From IMG/VR virus record IMGVR_UViG_2565956713_000001: a stretch of 64,000 bases of DNA; one strand, written 5' to 3'. The notes under the pieces were generated by a model. It had not been told where the DNA came from. It searched no databases and saw nothing but the letters and a program-made list of their open reading frames with translations. Below, piece by piece: positions 53,541 through 63,853 of this stretch. Position numbers and translations under genes: made by a program. Within the stretch, counting starts at the first letter, position 1. Every line of letters starts with the position of its first letter. Source of the stretch: a virus (lineage: Duplodnaviria > Heunggongvirae > Uroviricota > Caudoviricetes).

Positions 53541-53834
53541 ATGTGGAGAGGTAATAGTCATGGCAAAAGCCAGATGATACTTACCGAATATCAGTTTGAC
53601 CATAAAACCAATAAATCACGTTCAGTATATTTGCTTCGGCACAATAGCCGCGTAAGGAATACCGTGCTGGAGCAAAATCTGACTGTTGAAATAGATAATT
53701 ACGGGGGCTTCAAGCCAACAATTTCGCTTGATGATTTTCCTCGTGGTTTAAGCGAAAGAGAAGCAATGCTGAAATTAGCAGAATGGCTACAAAGATTAAG
53801 CATTGCTATTGAAGATAACTGGTCTGAACCTTAA
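53541..53834 (+). CDS. hypothetical protein
   Basis: Internal Met with GAGGT ribosome-binding site within ORF 53445..53834. Confidence 0.3.
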   Translation: MWRGNSHGKSQMILTEYQFDHKTNKSRSVYLLRHNSRVRNTVLEQNLTVEIDNYGGFKPTISLDDFPRGLSEREAMLKLAEWLQRLSIAIEDNWSEP

Positions 53835-53840
53835 ATTTAT

Positions 53841-54215
53841 ATGATGACACTAAAACATTTTCTTGACCGCCCATTATGGGCGGCAGCCGCAGGCTATGAC
53901 TTTAATTATATGGATTGCATGTCTTATACCGCCAATGCATACGACTATTCCTTCAGTCTGCTGCTTAATTCTTTAAGAATATTGCCGCAAACAGAAGTTG
54001 GAGAGCTTCATTTATGGCTATTGGGCTTTATCGCGGCTGGAGTTGGTATTGCTGTATGGCCTTTTATTTTCTGGCTGGTGGCTGTTGTAGTGTGGTTTAA
54101 GTGCAAGACGTACCGGAGAAAGTATTTCTTAGGTGATGGAATGACTGATATTGCCAAAATGAACATTGAAAAATGGACTAAGGAATGTGAAAAGAAATGG
54201 CGCAAAAAGAAATGA
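53841..54215 (+). CDS. membrane protein
   Basis: 124 aa with a long hydrophobic segment. Confidence 0.3.
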   Translation: MMTLKHFLDRPLWAAAAGYDFNYMDCMSYTANAYDYSFSLLLNSLRILPQTEVGELHLWLLGFIAAGVGIAVWPFIFWLVAVVVWFKCKTYRRKYFLGDGMTDIAKMNIEKWTKECEKKWRKKK

Positions 54216-55129
54216 CCAGAATCACTGAAGAGCGTATATCAGAGATTATTTCCCGTATCGAAATGTATGGTCACGGTGCTGGATATACGGCAGATGAAGT
54301 ATTGGCACTTGCCCAAATGGCTTTGGCGGCTTGCAAAGATGATAAAAAAATGAAGTTTATCGACTTGTTAGTGAAGGAACTGCCTAAGTGCGGCGGGTGG
54401 CCTGATGGAATGAGTTATTGTTACCTACCCAGTGTCAATTTAATGGCACCATGCGCGACTTTTGCTTTTGGCTCAGACCACAAAAAAGACACTTTCTTTG
54501 GGCGCAATTTTTGTTGTGAGATTGAGCTTCCAATTGGTGACCTTGATAGCGATGAATACCAGTCAGTTGTCACTCGCGAACAATACGAATCAGCTCTCAT
54601 AGCGTCGCAGAAAGTCGAGTTCAATGGTGATGAACTTGAAAGTAAGACTTACAGGTTGGATTTTGGGCAATGGCTGGAACAGCAACGCGGGAAAATCGAT
54701 GTGGACTGTGGTTGTGTGTCCACTGAAACATTCATGCACTGGCTGCGGGTAGCTTACGAGGCTGGCAACTATCCGGATATTCCGGATAGTTCGGTGCCAG
54801 CACCAGGAAAGGGCGTCACCGGTGAACGTATCCGAATTAAGCCGCATGTTTATCGCGAACTGGTTAACCGTCTCCACGATACAGCGATCAAGTGTGCTGG
54901 CACCCAGCAATTACGAGAAAGAATTAGCCGTGTTTTGGGCGACGTTATTACACCAGATCATCATAAACAAGCCGAGAAAAGTGGCCTGGAAAGGTGTCAC
55001 CTTGAGGCGGCATTAAACATTAAGCCGGGGCATACGCTTGGCATTATTGATGCACTATTGGTTCATAAGATGGCCAGGGCTTTATTGCCGCTGGTGGATG
55101 CTGGCGATACAAGCGAGGGTGAAGTATGA
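54197..55129 (+). CDS. hypothetical protein with GNYPDIPDS motif
   Basis: 310-aa ORF. Confidence 0.35.
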   Translation: MAQKEMTRITEERISEIISRIEMYGHGAGYTADEVLALAQMALAACKDDKKMKFIDLLVKELPKCGGWPDGMSYCYLPSVNLMAPCATFAFGSDHKKDTFFGRNFCCEIELPIGDLDSDEYQSVVTREQYESALIASQKVEFNGDELESKTYRLDFGQWLEQQRGKIDVDCGCVSTETFMHWLRVAYEAGNYPDIPDSSVPAPGKGVTGERIRIKPHVYRELVNRLHDTAIKCAGTQQLRERISRVLGDVITPDHHKQAEKSGLERCHLEAALNIKPGHTLGIIDALLVHKMARALLPLVDAGDTSEGEV

Positions 55130-55488
55130 GAGTTGCAGATCACATCAAACACCTTGAAAGAATTATCGAAAACGGTGAACTCTTAAGAGATCAGATGAGA
55201 CGCACGGCAGAAGTCAGAGAGGCGATAATCCGCAGTCAGGCTGGTAAATTAAAGCAATTATCAGAGATTAACGCGCTATACAAGAACAGACGTAACCGGG
55301 CGGCGCTGCGGCTTCAGAAAGCACGTAATGAAATTAAATTGGTGGAGGCAAAACTGAAAAAACAGATTCAGCGTTACGATCAGCAAGATGCTTTTTATGC
55401 CGCCATCAAGGCGGCTGCTAATGAAATAGGCATCTGGAAGTTGCTGGTGGAGAAAGCAAAGACGAAGTTAAATGCCAACGAAAGCTGA
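55126..55488 (+). CDS. coiled-coil protein
   Basis: 120-aa basic helical ORF overlapping the previous stop. Confidence 0.3.
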   Translation: MRVADHIKHLERIIENGELLRDQMRRTAEVREAIIRSQAGKLKQLSEINALYKNRRNRAALRLQKARNEIKLVEAKLKKQIQRYDQQDAFYAAIKAAANEIGIWKLLVEKAKTKLNANES

Positions 55489-56149
55489 ACTACAGGTACC
55501 CACCAGCACATACAGAAAATGATTGTTTCCACATCAAGGAGATTTTAATGTTTCACTGAACATTAAGTAAGCCAGTGCATAATTCCATTTTTTACTGACC
55601 TTAAAAGCAAAATCAAAACGATGATGAGGATGATCGCCAGAATCTGGCTAATAACAGGCGCATCTAAAAATGCACTCAGGAACTGAAAAAAAGCAGTCAT
55701 TAAGGTGGTTCCTTGTCAAATGTAAAGGAGCACTTGCTCACGTTGACGTAGAAACCCAACCCCTATATAGTTGGATTCGGTGAAAGAAAGTCGTTAACGT
55801 GAGCTTACGGCACATGTTTTCGGAACAACATCAGGGAACGGCTAATTCCTTGATGCGGATGGGGTCTGTAATGCAGACCCTATCTATTAACGTCATGATT
55901 GCATCTCAAATTTTCTCCTTATCTTCATTAATCAAAATTCATTTCATTTGTGAAACATCACAATATTTAGAAAATGGCCCTCTTGCAAGTGCATAACTTT
56001 GTGGATAAATCAGGAAGAAAAAAGTTGATTCTGCGCACGGCAAGGCAGATAAGCTGTGCACAAAAATCAATGGGAAAAGAAAAAAAATTAAAAGTTACTT
56101 TGCTGGTTAAATAATAGTCGTTACGCAATTGTTCTGGATGGGATTTGAT

Positions 56150-56401
56150 ATGCACGATTGGAATATTGCAGCTAAAAGTCAGGAAGAACGGGATAAGGTT
56201 AACGTTGATCTGGCTGCCAGCGGTGTGGCGTACAAAGAGCGATTGAACATACCTGTCATAGCTGAACAGGTAGCCCGCGAGCAACCAGAGAATCTGCGCA
56301 CCTATTTCATGGAACGGTTACGGCACTATCGGCAGTTAAGCCTCCAGTTGCCAAAAGGGAGCGATCCGGTGTATCAGAACGAGGATGCACCAAAAAAATA
56401 A
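56150..56401 (+). CDS. hot: homolog of DNA polymerase III theta subunit (Hot)
   Basis: [36 protein letters not shown] aligns with E. coli HolE as I recall it; start chosen at the Met best matching theta's length. Confidence 0.6.
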   Translation: MHDWNIAAKSQEERDKVNVDLAASGVAYKERLNIPVIAEQVAREQPENLRTYFMERLRHYRQLSLQLPKGSDPVYQNEDAPKK

Positions 56402-56486
56402 CGGCAAGATGGGGGAGAAATGTGATTAGCCCCCAGCGTGGCGCGCCTACAAACCCCGCTTTCACAAACTATGCCTTTTCAATGTA

Positions 56487-56506
56487 TACTGTATGAATAA
56501 ACAGTA
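56487..56506 (+). promoter_or_regulatory. LexA box (SOS operator)
   Basis: TACTGTATGAATAAACAGTA fits CTGT-N8-ACAG, ~20 bp upstream of humD. Confidence 0.7.
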
Positions 56507-56524
56507 TCATTGAGGTAAAACGCT

Positions 56525-56914
56525 ATGGGCTTCCCTTCTCCTGCGGCGGATTATGTTGAAAGCCGAATTTCTCTTGATCAGCAGATAATTAGACATCCTT
56601 CAGCGACCTACTTCATGCGGGCAGCTGATAGCCATCACCGTGAGGGAATATTGCAGGGTGCTTTGCTGGTGGTTGATTCCTCGCTTACTCCGGTTGATGG
56701 TTCTCTGCTTGTGTGCGCTATGGAGGGTGAATATCGCATAAAGAGATACAGGAAGTATCCGCGCCAGCACCTGGAGGATTTAAGCACCGGGAAGAAAGAG
56801 GCGTTACCAGTAGATGACGATGGATACACGGGCAGTAATGCTGTTTTTGGTGTGATCACTCATGTCATCAATGATGCCCGAAGTGGGGAATTTGATGATT
56901 GTCCGGTTATTTAA
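56525..56914 (+). CDS. humD: UmuD'-like protein (HumD)
   Basis: 129 aa; GFPSPAADYVE...HPSATYF...KRYRKYP, a UmuD homolog lacking the N-terminal arm. Confidence 0.85.
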   Translation: MGFPSPAADYVESRISLDQQIIRHPSATYFMRAADSHHREGILQGALLVVDSSLTPVDGSLLVCAMEGEYRIKRYRKYPRQHLEDLSTGKKEALPVDDDGYTGSNAVFGVITHVINDARSGEFDDCPVI

Positions 56915-56986
56915 GCTGCAAAGTGCTGGTGCTTTATGCCTGTGAAGTTTATAATTGTGTACACATAACGAGTACACGAGGTGTTT

Positions 56987-57208
56987 ATGCAATCCATTAA
57001 CTTCCGTACCGCGCGTGGCAACCTTTCTGAAGTGCTCAACAATGTTGAAGCCGGGGAAGAGGTTGAAATCACCCGCAGAGGCCGTGAGCCAGCAGTAATT
57101 GTCAGCAAGGCTACTTTCGAAGCCTACAAAAAAGCGGCGCTGGATGCTGAATTTGCATCCCTGTTTGACACCCTGGACTCCACCAACAAGGAACTGGTTA
57201 ACCGATAA
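56987..57208 (+). CDS. phd: antitoxin Phd
   Basis: 73 aa from ATG at 56987 (ORF track begins 2 codons earlier at a GTG); palindromic GTGTACAC operator half-sites upstream; stop overlaps doc start. Confidence 0.9.
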
Positions 57209-57588
57209 TGAGGCATATATCACCGGAAGAACTTATTGCGCTTCATGATGCGAATATAAGCCGCTACGGCGGCCTGCCGGGAATGTCTGATCCGGGTAGG
57301 GCAGAGGCCATTATCGGGAGAGTTCAGGCCAGAGTTGCCTACGAAGAGATCACCGACCTTTTCGAAGTCTCCGCCACCTACCTGGTGGCTACAGCGAGAG
57401 GGCATATATTCAATGATGCCAATAAGCGTACCGCGCTAAACAGTGCGCTGCTATTTCTACGCCGTAACGGGGTGCAGGTATTTGATTCACCTGAACTGGC
57501 AGACCTTACTGTAGGCGCTGCGACTGGCGAGATATCTGTATCTTCTGTCGCCGACACGTTACGTAGATTGTATGGTTCTGCGGAGTAG
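57208..57588 (+). CDS. doc: toxin Doc (Fic-fold kinase)
   Basis: 126 aa immediately after phd, the classic phd-doc operon. Confidence 0.9.
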
Positions 57589-57592
57589 ATTA

Positions 57593-57772
57593 ATGGCACG
57601 CAAATACAACAAATTGTCCCGTGAAGCGTTAAAGATGCTTCTTGATGGCGTGAGTCGCCGCAAGGTAAAGCAATACCTGGTTGGTAAGCAAATTGGAGTC
57701 AGGACCGCTATTGCTGTGTTATGCCGTCAGGAAATGGTTGTGCTTAAACAGAGAATGCCGGGCAGCAGATAA
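57593..57772 (+). CDS. small basic protein downstream of doc
   Basis: ATG with GGAG ribosome-binding site (MARKYNKLSREALK...), 59 aa; the ORF track gives a longer out-of-context start. Confidence 0.35.
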   Translation: MARKYNKLSREALKMLLDGVSRRKVKQYLVGKQIGVRTAIAVLCRQEMVVLKQRMPGSR

Positions 57773-57799
57773 AGCCCAATCAGTGATTAAAGGTGTGAT

Positions 57800-58843
57800 G
57801 TGAAAGCCGTAATTACTCCCTTTGTACAGAAAGAGCTTGGCCTCGCCACGTTCAAAGTGGATCAGGAGGTCAGAAAGCTGGTGGAGGCTGGCCGTAAATT
57901 TATTATGGAGCCGGTGCCGCGTGAGTTAATCGAGCACATGGAAGACGGCCTCGTTGTTACCGAGCAAACCATGGCAACAAATGAGGCGTTGCAGCCGTTT
58001 TTTAACAGCGATGAACTGTTTCGCCGTATTGGTGGAATTGACGCGCTGGTGGCGTGGTTGCGTAGGAAAGAGGGTCAATGCCAGGCCGCAGATCGTAGTT
58101 GGTGTGACAACCATATTGTCCACGCTGAACGAGACAATAGCGCGGTGTTGTTGTGCTGGCATCACGATAACCATTACCGGATGCGTGGTTTTAATGAGCT
58201 GAAAGAAACGCTGCACAATAATCGCGTTAACTGGATACTGGATGTCGCCCGTCAGGAAATGGGCCTTTCAAATAGCCATGATTTAAGTATTCAGGAGCTG
58301 TGCTGGTGGGCTTTCATGCGCAACATGATGCACCTGATGCCGGAAGAAGTCTGCCGCATATCAATAAATAAGATGAAGGCTACTCCGCAGGATAGCGGAC
58401 CTCTGAAAGAGGCGGATATTCGCCCGTATGACGATCGCGCTACAGCATATGTTCAGATGATGGAAGAACGCGCCGCGCCGATGCGTGCAAAAGTATGCCC
58501 TGTGGATGTTGACGCCGACCCTGGCATGGCGCATTTCAAAATACCAAAACTTCAATCGCTAAAATTGCCCGAGTACATGGATTTTGTGGCTTCCCGTCCA
58601 TGCTGTGGCTGTGGAGCTGCGGGAGCTGGCGCTCACATTACGCCTTATATCGTTCGTCATAGTCGATTATGCGCGCATGACATTTATGCTGTTCCTCTGT
58701 GCCAGTCATGCCAGCGTGATATTGAGCGTGACCGCGATAATTGGGAGAAGACGCACGGTAGGCTGGCGATGCATCAACGATTGTTCTTTGATTACGCGCT
58801 TGGAGTCGGCGCTATCACAAGTCATTCGTCGAGCGTTAGATAA
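57800..58843 (+). CDS. post-doc Cys-rich protein (PdcB-like)
   Basis: 347-aa ORF between doc and lpa; CCGCG and CQSCQ clusters. Confidence 0.5.
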   Translation: MKAVITPFVQKELGLATFKVDQEVRKLVEAGRKFIMEPVPRELIEHMEDGLVVTEQTMATNEALQPFFNSDELFRRIGGIDALVAWLRRKEGQCQAADRSWCDNHIVHAERDNSAVLLCWHHDNHYRMRGFNELKETLHNNRVNWILDVARQEMGLSNSHDLSIQELCWWAFMRNMMHLMPEEVCRISINKMKATPQDSGPLKEADIRPYDDRATAYVQMMEERAAPMRAKVCPVDVDADPGMAHFKIPKLQSLKLPEYMDFVASRPCCGCGAAGAGAHITPYIVRHSRLCAHDIYAVPLCQSCQRDIERDRDNWEKTHGRLAMHQRLFFDYALGVGAITSHSSSVR

Positions 58844-58844
58844 A

Positions 58845-58861
58845 ATTGCTCTAATGTATTG
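58845..58861 (+). promoter_or_regulatory. C1-operator-like site (ATTGCTCTAATGTATTG)
   Basis: 12/17 match, with the first 11 bp exact, directly upstream of lpa. Confidence 0.5.
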
Positions 58862-58931
58862 CTATTTCTTTAATCGAGGGTATTATATTCGACGTTGATT
58901 AGTTGACATGGGCTAATCAGTAGGTGACAGG

Positions 58932-59384
58932 ATGTTACTTAACTGGCAGGGACGCCACTTCATGGAAATAAATCACTCACGAATAACATCGTACGAGATT
59001 GCGGATTACATGATCCGCACTAAATCTCTTCTATCAGCGAAAGATCTCGCAGCAATTCTTGAAAAGGAATACCCGCATCTGGATGTCGATAAGCGCGATG
59101 TTTATCTGCGCTTAAAGGCTATCGCTGTGTCTAAGTATTCGTCTGTTTTGATTGATGACAGTACACGCCCACGTAGATTTCAGATCCACTCTCTGAATCC
59201 TGAATTCTTTCGCCGCAGCCGCGCTCCGCGCCGGTTTGATGAAAAACTCCAGAACGAACTCTATATGACGCAGGACGAAAAGGAACGCCGGGAGCACCAG
59301 CCTTGGGTGATGGCGCGTCAACTTTTCAATAAGGTGGTCCGTCAGCACCGTCATTACGGTAATGCCACATCCGCACGTATCTGA
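58932..59384 (+). CDS. lpa: late promoter activator Lpa-like
   Basis: 150-aa ORF immediately upstream of pacA, as in P1; assignment is by synteny. Confidence 0.5.
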   Translation: MLLNWQGRHFMEINHSRITSYEIADYMIRTKSLLSAKDLAAILEKEYPHLDVDKRDVYLRLKAIAVSKYSSVLIDDSTRPRRFQIHSLNPEFFRRSRAPRRFDEKLQNELYMTQDEKERREHQPWVMARQLFNKVVRQHRHYGNATSARI

Positions 59385-59470
59385 TTGATTGCTTGCCCGT
59401 TCCGGGCCTTTTGACATGTGACTTTCGTTACCCTCGCGTCAAAAAGAGTTTTATACGAAAGGAAGCATAA

Positions 59471-60664
59471 GTGACCTGGGACGATCACAAGAAGAATTTT
59501 GCTCGCCTGGCGCGAGATGGTGGTTACACCATCGCACAATATGCCGCCGAGTTTAATCTCAACCCAAACACCGCACGTCGTTATCTCCGTGCATTCAAAG
59601 AAGACACCGGAACAGCGGACAGCCGTAAGCCAAATAAGCCTGTCAGAAAACCACTAAAAAGCATGATCATTGATCACGCTAATGATCAACGTGCAGGTGA
59701 TCACATTGTGGCTGAAATGGCTGAAAAACAAAGAGTTAATGCTGTTGTCAGTGCCGCAGTCGAGAACGCGAAGCGCCAGAATAAGCGCATAAATGATCGT
59801 TCTGATGATCATGACGTGATCACCCGCGCCCACCGGACCTTACGTGATCGCCTGGAACGCGACACCCTGGATGATGATGGTGAACGCTTTGAATTCGAAG
59901 CTGGCGATTACCTGATAGATAACGTTGAAGCGCGGAAGGCCGCGCGCGCTATGTTGCGTCGGTCCGGGGCCGATGTTCTGGAAACCACTCTTCTGGAAAA
60001 GTCTCTTTCTCATCTCCTTATGCTGGAGAACGCCAGGGATACGTGTATTCGCCTGGTGCAGGAAATGCGCGATCAGCAAAAAGACGATGATGAAGGTACT
60101 CCGCCTGAATACCGTATCGCGAGCATGCTAAACAGCTGTTCCGCGCAGATAAGCAGCCTGATCAACACCATTTACAGCATCCGGAATAACTATCGAAAAG
60201 AAAGCCGGGAGGCGGAAAAGCACGCTTTGTCTATGGGGCAAGCTGGCATTGTTAAGCTGGCATACGAACGAAAGCGTGAAAATAACTGGTCAGTGCTGGA
60301 AGCAGCTGAATTCATCGAGGCGCATGGCGGGAAAGTGCCGCCCCTGATGCTGGAGCAAATCAAAGCCGATCTGCGTGCTCCTAAGACCAATACCGATGAT
60401 GAGGAAAGGCAAACAGCCGTCGGTGGCCCTTCTCTTGAAGATCTGGACAAAGTTGCGCGAGAACGGGCCGCCAACCGCCGCGCCGATGCCGCATTGTGGA
60501 TTGAGCAGCGTAGGGAAGAAATCGCCGATATCGTTGATACAGGCGGTTATGGAGATGTTGATACTGAAGGTGTATCAAACGACCCATGGCTGGAACAAGA
60601 CCTGGACGAAGACGAGGAGGAAGACGAAGAAGTTACCCGCAAGCTATACGGGGATGATGATTAA
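59471..60664 (+). CDS. pacA: terminase small (pac-recognition) subunit PacA
   Basis: 397 aa, GTG start; contains the pac hexamer clusters in its 5' region; acidic C-terminus; stop overlaps the pacB start. Confidence 0.85.
   Translation: MTWDDHKKNFARLARDGGYTIAQYAAEFNLNPNTARRYLRAFKEDTGTADSRKPNKPVRKPLKSMIIDHANDQRAGDHIVAEMAEKQRVNAVVSAAVENAKRQNKRINDRSDDHDVITRAHRTLRDRLERDTLDDDGERFEFEAGDYLIDNVEARKAARAMLRRSGADVLETTLLEKSLSHLLMLENARDTCIRLVQEMRDQQKDDDEGTPPEYRIASMLNSCSAQISSLINTIYSIRNNYRKESREAEKHALSMGQAGIVKLAYERKRENNWSVLEAAEFIEAHGGKVPPLMLEQIKADLRAPKTNTDDEERQTAVGGPSLEDLDKVARERAANRRADAALWIEQRREEIADIVDTGGYGDVDTEGVSNDPWLEQDLDEDEEEDEEVTRKLYGDDD
59664..59822. promoter_or_regulatory. pac: pac packaging site (TGATCA hexamer clusters)
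   Basis: Four TGATCA at 59664, 59671, 59683, 59698 and three TGATC(A/G) at 59794, 59806, 59817, the 4+3 arrangement of the P1 pac site; each contains a Dam GATC. Confidence 0.85.
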
Positions 60665-62148
60665 TGGCCAGAAGTTGCGTAACGGATCCACGTTGGCGCG
60701 AGCTGGTGGCGCTATATCGTTATGACTGGATTGCGGCCGCTGATGTTTTGTTCGGCAAAACACCTACCTGGCAGCAGGATCTGATTATTGAGTCTGTGCA
60801 GGAACAGGGTAGCAAGACATCTGTTTCGTCTGGTCACGGTACCGGGAAATCAGACATGACTTCTATCATGATCATGTTGTTCATAATCATGTATCCAGGT
60901 GCCCGTGCCATTATCGTTGCGAACAAAATTCAGCAGGTAATGACCGGTATATTCAAGTACATCAAGATAAACTGGGCTACTGCCACCAGCCGTTTCCCAT
61001 GGCTTGCTGATTATTTTGTTCTGACAGAAACCGCTTTCTATGAGGTTACTGGTAAAGGTGTATGGACTGTAGTACCGAAGGGCTTTCGTCTGGGAAGTGA
61101 AGAAGCTCTCGCCGGTGAACACGCAGATCATCTTCTGTATATTATCGATGAAGCCTCCGGTGTCAGTGATAGAGCTTTCGGTATCATCACCGGTGCTCTT
61201 ACCGGACAGGATAACCGCATCTTATTACTGTCACAGCCTACACGCCCAAGCGGCTATTTCTACGATACTCACCATAAACTGGCCAAGCGTCCTGGTAACC
61301 CTGATGGCGTTTATACGGCGATCACGCTTAACAGTGAGGAATCACCGCTGGTAACGCCAGCATTTATCAAAATGAAGCTGGCGGAGTACGGCGGGCGTGA
61401 TAACCCTATGTACATGATTAAGGTACGCGGACTATTCCCTAAATCACAGGATGGCTTCCTTCTTGGACGTGATGAGGTTGAACGTGCGACGCGGCGGAAA
61501 GTCAAGATTGCCAAAGGATGGGGCTGGCTTGCATGTGTGGACGTTGCTGGTGGTACGGGACGGGATAAGTCCGTTATCAATATCATGATGGTGTCCGGCC
61601 AGAGAAATAAACGCCGTGTAATCAACTATCGAATGCTGGAATACACAGACGTTACAGAAACGCAGCTTGCCGCCAAAATTTTCGCAGAATGTAATCCTGA
61701 GCGATTCCCAAATATCACCATAGCGATAGACGGCGATGGGCTGGGTAAAGCAACGGCGGATCTGATGTACGAGTATTATGGTATTACCGTACAGCGTATA
61801 CGCTGGGGTAAAAAGATGCATAGCCGTGAAGATAAGAGCCTGTACTTTGATAAACGTGCTTATGCCAACGTTCAAGCCGCAGAGGCCGTAAAATCTGGTC
61901 GTATGAGACTGGATAAGGGTAATGAAACTATTGAGGAAGCGTCGAAAATCCCTGTAGGGATTAACTCCGCAGGTCAATGGAAGGTGATGAGTAAGGAGGA
62001 TATGAAGAAAAAACTCAACCTGCATTCACCAGACCATTGGGATACATATTGTTTCGCTATGCTGGCGGATTATGTTCCCCAGGATGAAGTGCTTAGCGTC
62101 GAAGACGAAGCGCAGGTTGATGAAGCTCTGGCATGGCTTAATGAGTAA
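60664..62148 (+). CDS. pacB: terminase large subunit PacB
   Basis: 494 aa; Walker A-like SGHGTGKS and Walker [11 protein letters not shown]; follows pacA. Confidence 0.85.
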   Translation: MARSCVTDPRWRELVALYRYDWIAAADVLFGKTPTWQQDLIIESVQEQGSKTSVSSGHGTGKSDMTSIMIMLFIIMYPGARAIIVANKIQQVMTGIFKYIKINWATATSRFPWLADYFVLTETAFYEVTGKGVWTVVPKGFRLGSEEALAGEHADHLLYIIDEASGVSDRAFGIITGALTGQDNRILLLSQPTRPSGYFYDTHHKLAKRPGNPDGVYTAITLNSEESPLVTPAFIKMKLAEYGGRDNPMYMIKVRGLFPKSQDGFLLGRDEVERATRRKVKIAKGWGWLACVDVAGGTGRDKSVINIMMVSGQRNKRRVINYRMLEYTDVTETQLAAKIFAECNPERFPNITIAIDGDGLGKATADLMYEYYGITVQRIRWGKKMHSREDKSLYFDKRAYANVQAAEAVKSGRMRLDKGNETIEEASKIPVGINSAGQWKVMSKEDMKKKLNLHSPDHWDTYCFAMLADYVPQDEVLSVEDEAQVDEALAWLNE

Positions 62149-62151
62149 AAT

Positions 62152-62168
62152 CTTGCTCTAATAAATTG
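62152..62168 (+). promoter_or_regulatory. C1 repressor operator (CTTGCTCTAATAAATTG)
   Basis: 15/17 consensus match 4 bp after the pacB stop, heading the second immI-like module. Confidence 0.65.
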
Positions 62169-62487
62169 TGTTTTTTGACTGCCGATGTTACATTGAACCT
62201 GACCTCTTGCGCCTTGAGGCATTTTCGGTTTATGCTTATCAGGCACCTCATTAAAACGGGTGCCGGGATTGGCCTCCCGCTTAAGTCTAAGGCGATACAG
62301 ACGCCGCTCGCGTCTTTTTTTTGTATCGGCGTACACGCACACCTCTACAATGGTGGGCTGTATGGGGCTACCTTCGGGTAGGCTGGTTACCTTGGACGCC
62401 AGTAAGGCCAACTCCGTACAGTCCACCGCCAGCAAGATTGGTCTCTTCTGCGGTGGTTACATACCAACGTCTAAGGAGGCTGCCAAT

Positions 62488-62709
62488 ATGGCTACTATCC
62501 CTACCCCAACTCATCCTGTATTTATCTGGCGCTTTTACTCCTGCCAAAAACGTCACTATCACTTCGTTATTGCACCGACAGAAGATGAGGCCCGCTCTCA
62601 GCTTCCTGACGCCCCATGTATTTTCTCTGCCCGTTTTTCCACTGATTCACGCAATTCTCTCAGTTACTGGTGCCTCCCTGTTAACGCTTCTGCTCAGGAG
62701 GGACTATGA
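62488..62709 (+). CDS. Icd-like protein, second copy (73 aa)
   Basis: Internal Met with AAGGAGG ribosome-binding site inside ORF 62260..62709; ~70% identical to the 11191 Icd-like protein; stop overlaps the ant-like start. Confidence 0.55.
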   Translation: MATIPTPTHPVFIWRFYSCQKRHYHFVIAPTEDEARSQLPDAPCIFSARFSTDSRNSLSYWCLPVNASAQEGL

Positions 62710-63821
62710 GAACATCGTTAGTTACCCGTGAAGAGATGATCGAGGCAATTGAACAGCACACTGCCTGTATCAGTACCAGGGATATACCAGGCGTTATTGC
62801 CAACTACTTCATGATCACCAAACAACTTTACCGGAGAAAGGACAAGAACGCTGTTCACCGTATCCTGCTGTCTGATATCCGTGAATACCTGCTCGAACAG
62901 GGGCATCTGAATTACGCAACCGTCGCAGCCGAAACACGCAAGGAGGCACACAGAATGAAAGCTACTAACGTTAAATCTGAAAAAATTAATACACCTTTAG
63001 TTCAGGAATCAGAACTGGTGGTTGTTCAAAGTCAGCCGGATGAAATTCCCGTTCTAGAGTGGCAGGGAGTGCGTGTAGTGACAACTAAGATCCTTGCTAA
63101 GGGGTATGGGACAGATGCGGATAACATCAAGAAGAACTTTTCCCGTAATGCTGAACGTTTTTGTGAAGGTAAGCATTTCTATAAAGTTATTGGAGATGAT
63201 TTGAACAATTTGCGGGTGACTTTAAGTAACTCACAAAATCCTATCTCTCCTAAAGCCCGCTCACTCATCCTCTGGACGGAACGCGGCGCAGCCCGCCACG
63301 CTAAAATGCTCGAAACCGATCAGGCATGGGCATTCTTTGAAAAACTGGAAGACAGCTACTTCCGGCAAAAAGAACAGCAACCGGTTGCAATCCCCCAGAC
63401 GCTTCCAGAAGCTCTGCGCCTGGCTGCCGAACTGGCTGAACAAAAGCAGCTTCTGGAACAGAAAGCCCACCAGCTAAATCAGCAGCTGGTGGCCGCCGCT
63501 CCTAAAGTCGATTTTGCCGACCGGGTATCAGTAGCTAAAGGGATCCTGATTGGGAATTTTGCAAAGGTCGTTGGACTTAAACAAAATGCGCTGTTTGCCT
63601 GGTTACGGGAGAACGGCATCCTGATAGCGTCCGGTGGACGTAAAAATGTGCCGTTCCAGCAGTACATCAACGCGGGGTATTTCACGGTGAAAGAAGTGGT
63701 GCTGGATGATGAAGATGGCTACCAGATACGGTTGACGCCTCAATTAACGGGTAAAGGCCAGCAGTGGTTGACGCGTAAACTGCTCGATGCTGGCTTGTTA
63801 AAACCGGTGGCGGCTGAATAA
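62706..63821 (+). CDS. antirepressor Ant-like protein, second copy
   Basis: 371 aa; N-terminal ~90 aa and C-terminal KilAC domain homologous to the 11409 Ant; central domain differs. Confidence 0.65.
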   Translation: MRTSLVTREEMIEAIEQHTACISTRDIPGVIANYFMITKQLYRRKDKNAVHRILLSDIREYLLEQGHLNYATVAAETRKEAHRMKATNVKSEKINTPLVQESELVVVQSQPDEIPVLEWQGVRVVTTKILAKGYGTDADNIKKNFSRNAERFCEGKHFYKVIGDDLNNLRVTLSNSQNPISPKARSLILWTERGAARHAKMLETDQAWAFFEKLEDSYFRQKEQQPVAIPQTLPEALRLAAELAEQKQLLEQKAHQLNQQLVAAAPKVDFADRVSVAKGILIGNFAKVVGLKQNALFAWLRENGILIASGGRKNVPFQQYINAGYFTVKEVVLDDEDGYQIRLTPQLTGKGQQWLTRKLLDAGLLKPVAAE

Positions 63822-63829
63822 TGGAAGAA

Positions 63830-63852
63830 TGCCCGGTTGATGCCGGGCATAA
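63830..63852. terminator. bidirectional intrinsic terminator
   Basis: Hairpin TGCCCGG-ttgatg-CCGGGCA with T-rich flanks on both strands, between the ant-like gene and convergent c1. Confidence 0.55.
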
Positions 63853-63853
63853 T

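Noticed and set aside
55561-55700. Apparent small hydrophobic peptide on the minus strand in the intergenic region before hot
   Set aside because: Careful translation shows the frame stops after 17 codons; no supportable ORF.
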